Shown: positions 26,961-32,000 of the stretch, piece after piece | How the letters are laid out: every line of letters begins with the position of its first letter | Numbering within the stretch: position 1 is the first letter of the stretch | Program-made: the position numbers and the translations under genes | The notes under the pieces: model-generated | What the model was told of the DNA's origin: nothing | The model's database searches: none | The model's input: the letters and a program-made list of their open reading frames with translations, nothing else | Source: Trichodesmium erythraeum IMS101 | Lineage (GTDB): Bacteria; Cyanobacteriota; Cyanobacteriia; Cyanobacteriales; Microcoleaceae | Length of the DNA stretch: 32,000 nucleotides | Assembly (NCBI RefSeq): GCF_000014265.1 | Contig: NC_008312.1 | Span: 4,950,001 to 4,982,000, forward strand | Reading direction: 5' to 3'

Positions 26961-27492
26961 ATTGAATTGAATTATTCCTCAGCCCCCGAAGGCAAATCCA
27001 TCTCTATATATAGCTTTCAACTAGCTTGTCACCCCGTGAGGTGAATACTATAGACCTTCTGTGTCAGAAACAACTATGTAATGGTTGAAAGTAATACTTG
27101 GGAATAAGTTGCCACGACAGAAATTCAACAATCAGGCAGTGGAGTTTTTCATACAATGTGCCATACTTAATCGTATAATACAGGATTGTAAGTCAGAAAG
27201 CTACACAGTGGAATTCTAATCAACTTCTCTTGTGGGGAGAAGTTGCGATCCAAACATTCATGCAACAAAGCCGATTAATTATCTTTATTAGTAAAGATAT
27301 TCCTTTTTTCTATCGTTCATAGCTCAACTCACCAATACCCATGAATTACTCTCAAATTATCTTATCCAAGAACTGAATCAGTTTTTACTCTTATTTTAAC
27401 TATGACATCTATCTTCAAGCGATCGCTATAAAATTTAAAGCAATCGCTTAAATTAGTAGGCGCTACATATACTGTCTTTACCTAAGTCCTGT

Positions 27493-30400
27493 TTATTTAG
27501 CTGTTGTATCTACGCGGAAACGCTCTACTGAATTTAATAAATCGCGAGCAACACCTACTAAATTTTGGAGAGAACTATAAACTCGCTGAGATTCTTGAGA
27601 AGTTTCTTGAGCTGTCATTTCTACTGCTTGCATTACTTTTGATACTGATTGTGCCACTTCATTTTGTTCTACTGTATCTGCAGCAATAGAACGAACTAAG
27701 ACATCAATTCTTGTTGTAACTTGAACAATATCTTCCAGAGATTGCTTTGCCTCTTCTGCTAAAGCTGTTCCTTTGATCACATGCTGAGTTGCTTCTTCCA
27801 TTCCAGTCATTACTCCTCCTGTCTCAGTTTGAATTTGCATCACTGTATGTTCTATATTCTTAGACTCCTTAGCTGATTTATCAGCTAACTGTCGAACTTC
27901 ATCTGCCACCACCGCAAATCCTTTACCCGCTTCTCCTGCCCTAGCTGCTTCAATACTAGCATTTAATGCTAACAAGTTTGTGCGAGAGGCAATACTGGAA
28001 ATTGAACTTACAATTTTAGAAATTTCCTGAGTAAATTCTGATAAACGCTTTACTCTTCGAGTTGCATCTGCCACACCTTCCCTGATTTGGAGAATACCAG
28101 CAACAGTACGGTCTACTGTTTCCCCTCCTTTCAATGCCAAAGCTGCAGCAGAACGAGCTACATCTTCAGTTTCCCGAGCATTTTCAGCTACCCGTTGAAT
28201 AGCATCAGTCATCACTTGCACAGATTGTAGAGTTGCTGCCAACTCTTCTGCTTGTCGCAAAGCATCCGTAGATAAACCTTGAGCAAAAGCAGCACTATCA
28301 AGCGATCCCCGATTTACTTTTTGAGCAGCTTCCTTAACCTGATTAACAATTTCTCGCAAATTTTGAATTGTCAAGTTAAAGGAATCTGCCACTGCACCCA
28401 AAACATCTGCTGTTACTTCTGCACTAACAGTTAAATCTCCACGAGCAGCTCCTTCCACATCATCTAGTAAACGAATTACTTGTCTTTGTAAGTCTTCTTT
28501 TGCCTGCTCATTTTCTTCTGCCTTTCTTTGAGCATCAGTGTAAGTTGCTTGGATAACTTTAGCCATGTAGTTAAACTTGGCAGCAAGTTTACCAAACTCA
28601 TCCTCTGAATAAATTGTTGCTCTAGCTTTTAAGTTTCCATCAGAAATAATATCGAATTGAGTATCTAAATCTTTATTTGCTCTTTTTATTTGCCTTGTTG
28701 TTATATTGCTCAGACCTAAAGCAGTTATAAAGCTACTTGCTCCTGCTCCCAATGTCATTATCCAACCGGTGCTACGCAAATTAGAAATTAGTTCTGTGTT
28801 TCTCTCTTGTAGAGCTTTGTAGGAAACTATATTACTAACAAAAGCTACTGCTATTAATGATGCTAATCCTGTTCCTGCAGCTATGTATAATTGTTTATGA
28901 AATAGGGAAGCATTTTCCAAAAAGGCTAACCAACCCTGTTCAATCATTACATTTGTATCTACTGCTTCTCCTTTAATTTTTTTGCTAAATTTTGGCAGTT
29001 GATGATCTAAATTATCTAGGTCTTCTATTGGTATAGCTTCTTCATTATCAATATCAATTGTACTAATATCAGTTTTACTATCAAACAATGCTCCTGTTGT
29101 CAATTCTATAGGTATTCCTCTGTCTGTTGTTTCTAAGTTTGGTGCAACTACCCCCATCTCAGGAATCTTTATCTCACTGAACATTTTTCTTCCATCACTC
29201 AAGGAATCATAGTCCTCAAAATTACTAAATTCATCATCTTCTAAAAAACCATCTGCTTTTTTATCTTTCGTATTTTCATCTTCATCTAGATGGAAAGCTT
29301 GGCTGAATGCTGCTTCATCAAATTCATTGTTCTCAAAATCATCTGGTTCTTCAACTCTTCCCTGACCTTGGTCTTCTCTTTTCTCCCATTGATTATATTC
29401 ATTTCCTAATTTACCTACTTCATTGTCTGTTTTTTCCGAATTAGAGTTGTTGTTATTTCCCATCAACAAAGTGGCTTCATCTATCTCTGAAAAATCATGT
29501 TTAATATGTTGATTTTCCATTTCTGGATATTTTGCTATGTCAGGTCTACTGTTTTCCATGTTATCCAGTTCCCCAACAACTATTTCCTCAGAGCCGTCTA
29601 GGATTTTATCCATTACATTCTCAAAATCTTCATTTAATGCCTCTAAGTCCAACTCTTCTATTGGATAATCTTGGCCAAAATTTATATTACTTTTTATCTC
29701 TTTATCTTCTACTGTTTGATTTTCCGATATTTCTTGTTCTTGAAAGAATTCTTTTTGTTGCTTTTTCCAGATTTCATCTAGGTCTACAGTTAAACTCAAA
29801 TCAGATATCTCTTCTATAGCTTCACTATGTTTCCCATTCACAACTGTATCATCTTGTAATTTTTCAGATGTTTGATTTGGGTAAACTTTACTATTTTCTA
29901 TTGCTAATTGATCTATTAATTCTTCATTATCTCCATCATCTCTAGACAAATTATCTTCAAATTGGACCAGCTCCTGTAAATTTTCTACATATTTTGAATC
30001 TTCATCCTTTGTATCCTTATTCAAACTACCATTCGTGACAAAAGGATTATTATCTTGATATGTAAATTCTAAATCATCTATATTTTCTTGATCAAAATCA
30101 AACTTTTCTTGCGGGTTTTCTGCTTTTAATTCTAAAGTCTTTTCATCTAAAATTAGTTCTGAGTTTATAACATCTTCTAAGTCTTTAGGATCTAGCTCTA
30201 GACCATTCTCATCTAAAATTAGCTCTGAGTTTATAACATCTTCTAAGTCTTTAGGATCTAGTTCTAGACCATTTTCATCTAGAAGTAGTTCTAAATCTAT
30301 AGCATTTTCTAAGTTTTTAGGGTTTAGCTCTACACTATTTTTATCTAGAATAAGTTCTGAATCTGTAACATTTTCTAAGTTTTTTAAATCTAGCTCTAAA

Positions 30401-30810
30401 GCATTTTGATTTGCGAACGCTTCCAAATAACTAGAAACTTCTCCTTCTTTTGAATCTTCATTTTGATCATTATTAATGTTAATATCTTCCAGCATTTCTT
30501 CAACATTACTGTAGAGCCCTGGATCCTCTCTGATAAATTGCTCACTATCACTAATACCTTGTTGAGCATACTTAATCAGGTCAATATCGTCACTTAAATC
30601 TAAGACTAACTGGTATTGTTCTTTTGCCACATCATACTGATGGAGCCCATAGCAATATATATGACCACAAAGCAGACGAGAAGTAGGATCTTCTGGATAA
30701 TCTTGAATTAAGTCATAAACTAAAGCTGCTGCTTGTTCATATTTACCTTCACTGTAAGCATCTTCTACCCTTTGATAATTTTGTAAAAAGTCTGTACTTG
30801 ATGATGTCAT
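27493..30810 (-). CDS. pilJ: Methyl-accepting chemotaxis protein, PilJ/HmpD-type. It has an N-terminal TPR-like helix pair, a long acidic repeat region, 2 TM helices, a HAMP domain and an MCP signalling domain.
   Basis: The highly conserved hairpin tip reads EISKIVSSISSIASRTNLLALNASIEAARAGEAGKGFAVVADEVRQLADKSAKES. The TM segments are LYIAAGTGLASLIAVAFVSNIV and WIMTLGAGASSFITALGL. There are no GAF/phytochrome domains, so it is not PixJ-like. The ORF track starts at a TTG at 30828. The ATG at 30810 is preceded by the purine-rich gagaaggg and seems the likelier start. Confidence 0.92.
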   Translation of the reverse strand: MTSSSTDFLQNYQRVEDAYSEGKYEQAAALVYDLIQDYPEDPTSRLLCGHIYCYGLHQYDVAKEQYQLVLDLSDDIDLIKYAQQGISDSEQFIREDPGLYSNVEEMLEDININNDQNEDSKEGEVSSYLEAFANQNALELDLKNLENVTDSELILDKNSVELNPKNLENAIDLELLLDENGLELDPKDLEDVINSELILDENGLELDPKDLEDVINSELILDEKTLELKAENPQEKFDFDQENIDDLEFTYQDNNPFVTNGSLNKDTKDEDSKYVENLQELVQFEDNLSRDDGDNEELIDQLAIENSKVYPNQTSEKLQDDTVVNGKHSEAIEEISDLSLTVDLDEIWKKQQKEFFQEQEISENQTVEDKEIKSNINFGQDYPIEELDLEALNEDFENVMDKILDGSEEIVVGELDNMENSRPDIAKYPEMENQHIKHDFSEIDEATLLMGNNNNSNSEKTDNEVGKLGNEYNQWEKREDQGQGRVEEPDDFENNEFDEAAFSQAFHLDEDENTKDKKADGFLEDDEFSNFEDYDSLSDGRKMFSEIKIPEMGVVAPNLETTDRGIPIELTTGALFDSKTDISTIDIDNEEAIPIEDLDNLDHQLPKFSKKIKGEAVDTNVMIEQGWLAFLENASLFHKQLYIAAGTGLASLIAVAFVSNIVSYKALQERNTELISNLRSTGWIMTLGAGASSFITALGLSNITTRQIKRANKDLDTQFDIISDGNLKARATIYSEDEFGKLAAKFNYMAKVIQATYTDAQRKAEENEQAKEDLQRQVIRLLDDVEGAARGDLTVSAEVTADVLGAVADSFNLTIQNLREIVNQVKEAAQKVNRGSLDSAAFAQGLSTDALRQAEELAATLQSVQVMTDAIQRVAENARETEDVARSAAALALKGGETVDRTVAGILQIREGVADATRRVKRLSEFTQEISKIVSSISSIASRTNLLALNASIEAARAGEAGKGFAVVADEVRQLADKSAKESKNIEHTVMQIQTETGGVMTGMEEATQHVIKGTALAEEAKQSLEDIVQVTTRIDVLVRSIAADTVEQNEVAQSVSKVMQAVEMTAQETSQESQRVYSSLQNLVGVARDLLNSVERFRVDTTAK
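30143..30406. repeat. In-frame 66-bp (22-codon) tandem repeat, four copies plus partial flanking copies, inside the MCP gene.
   Basis: Units start at 30143, 30209, 30275 and 30341. The first two differ at only a few positions. They encode NSELILDENGLELDPKDLEDVI twice, flanked by degenerate copies (DSELILDKNSVELNPKNLENAI, DLELLLDENGLELDPKDLEDVI). Confidence 0.85.
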
Positions 30811-30977
30811 TTGCTGCCCTTCTCTCAAGTTAATAATATTATTTCTATTATTTATTTTTAGTTTTTTAATTTTATCATTGACGCAATTAAGAATTGGGAA
30901 TCAGCCTCATTCAGAAATCTTAACATATAAATAACTGAATCAAACAATTATTTTGACTTATCAACTATGACTTTTAT

Positions 30978-31496
30978 TTAGGCTGCCCATCGAGCCGAGC
31001 GAATAATTGCTTCTTGATCCAATAGCCTAAGAATATGCTCTCCCTTCTCACCAAAGACCCACTCTCCTCGTAAGAAGGGAGCCATGCCATCTGCAACATC
31101 AGTGGACATTTTCAGCTTTTTTTCATCAAGCCACTCCATTCCTACAATCTTGTCAACCGCTAGTCCTAATATAGTGTCTTGGTCTTCTACTGCTATTATT
31201 TTAATCTCAGTTTGATCAGGATTAATTGGAATTTGTTCTCCAAGAAATTGAGCTAAATCAGCAACCCAAATCACTCGCCCTCTTACATTTATTGTACCTA
31301 AAAGTAAGGGCGAGACATTGGGAATAGCTGTAATACCTTCTGGAGATTGATAAATCACTTCTCGAATATCTGTTGCTAATAAAGCAAACTCATTACCCGA
31401 AGGTAAATAAAATCGCAAATGTTGTTCACCTTCAGGATTTTCTAATTCTTGGATCCCTATACCTTGGCTTGGTAAAAAATCTTCATTGCCTATCAT
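30978..31496 (-). CDS. pilI: CheW-like coupling protein (PilI/HmpC-type).
   Basis: The 172-codon ORF has an ATG start. It reads HLRFYLPSGNEFALLATDIREVI...ITAIPNVSPLLLGTINVRGRVIWVADLAQFLG...ILGLAVDKI, the typical CheW fold signature. It sits between the REC and MCP genes. Confidence 0.9.
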   Translation of the reverse strand: MIGNEDFLPSQGIGIQELENPEGEQHLRFYLPSGNEFALLATDIREVIYQSPEGITAIPNVSPLLLGTINVRGRVIWVADLAQFLGEQIPINPDQTEIKIIAVEDQDTILGLAVDKIVGMEWLDEKKLKMSTDVADGMAPFLRGEWVFGEKGEHILRLLDQEAIIRSARWAA

Positions 31497-31508
31497 AGAT
31501 TCTTAAGT

Positions 31509-31874
31509 TTAGCGTCTTAATAATTGCTTAACTGTTCCCACTAGTTCTGTGGGCTGGAATGGTTTAGCAATATAGGCATCTGCCCCTTGTTTTAAGCCCC
31601 AGTAACGATCAAACTCTTCTCCCTTTGAAGAACACATAACTACTGGAATATGCTTAGTTTGAGGATCGGATTTTATTCTCCTACAGACTTCATAACCATT
31701 CATTTTTGGCATCACAATATCTAATACTACTATATCGGGTTTAGTATTTTTTAGTCGCCCCAAAGCTTCTACTCCGTCATTAGCAACGGTAACTGCTAAT
31801 CCACTATTTTTGAGAAGCTGTGATATCATTTCTCTTTGGGTAACGCTATCTTCTACCACTAGAACTTTGCTCAT
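31509..31874 (-). CDS. pilH: Single-domain CheY-like response regulator (PilH/HmpB-type).
   Basis: The 121-codon ORF reads KVLVVEDSVTQREM...PDIVVLDIVMPKMNGYEV...PVVMCSSKG...GADAYIAKPF, with the acidic pocket DD/D, the phospho-accepting Asp (LD), the S/T and the K-P all present. It ends 12 nt upstream of the CheW gene. Confidence 0.93.
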   Translation of the reverse strand: MSKVLVVEDSVTQREMISQLLKNSGLAVTVANDGVEALGRLKNTKPDIVVLDIVMPKMNGYEVCRRIKSDPQTKHIPVVMCSSKGEEFDRYWGLKQGADAYIAKPFQPTELVGTVKQLLRR

Positions 31875-32000
31875 TTTTTTTTCCTGATAGCTTTGGCTGG
31901 GATTGATTAATAGTTTAAAGTATAAGTATTTCTTAAGATTTTCCGATTTTTTGATTTTTGGGCTTACCTAAATTAACTTATATCCACCGATGGATATTTT

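Noticed and set aside
27504-29819. Plus-strand ORFs 27504-27689 and 29532-29819.
   Set aside because: They are antisense shadows inside the MCP gene.

Overview
This is a low-GC cyanobacterial chromosome segment. The assignment rests on nine perfect HIP1 octamers (GCGATCGC), an ndhD gene, a phycobiliprotein-fold gene and a Pil/Hmp-type chemosensory operon. The AT-rich composition, kilobase-scale ORF-free spacers and heavy pseudogene load resemble a Trichodesmium-like filamentous marine cyanobacterium, but that is inference only. From left to right the window contains: (1) a decayed tnpB 3' end; (2) a five-gene glycan-modification cluster at 1.7-11.0 kb, made of a TPR/GT-B-like protein converging on a minus-strand operon of TPR-WbsX-like protein, GT4-GT2 fusion, pyruvyl transferase and methyltransferase; (3) a 1.8-kb ORF-free AT-rich tract; (4) an orphan allophycocyanin-like gene; (5) ndhD; (6) rplU-rpmA; (7) a CheA-REC hybrid kinase; (8) a 5.9-kb stretch with no intact gene, made of 2.5 kb of ORF-free AT-rich DNA plus plus-strand relics of an IS1634-like transposase, a group II intron protein and a 7Fe-type ferredoxin; (9) MCP, CheW and CheY-like genes that belong with the CheA gene. 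No tRNA, rRNA or CRISPR array was seen. The most interesting points are: the chemosensory operon split by the pseudogene graveyard; a kinase with no recognisable Hpt site; the pair of TPR-fused glycan enzymes that share both N- and C-terminal modules; a GC-rich TPR array inside an AT-rich gene; and the very large ORF-free tracts. All functional calls come from by-eye motif recognition and no database search was possible.
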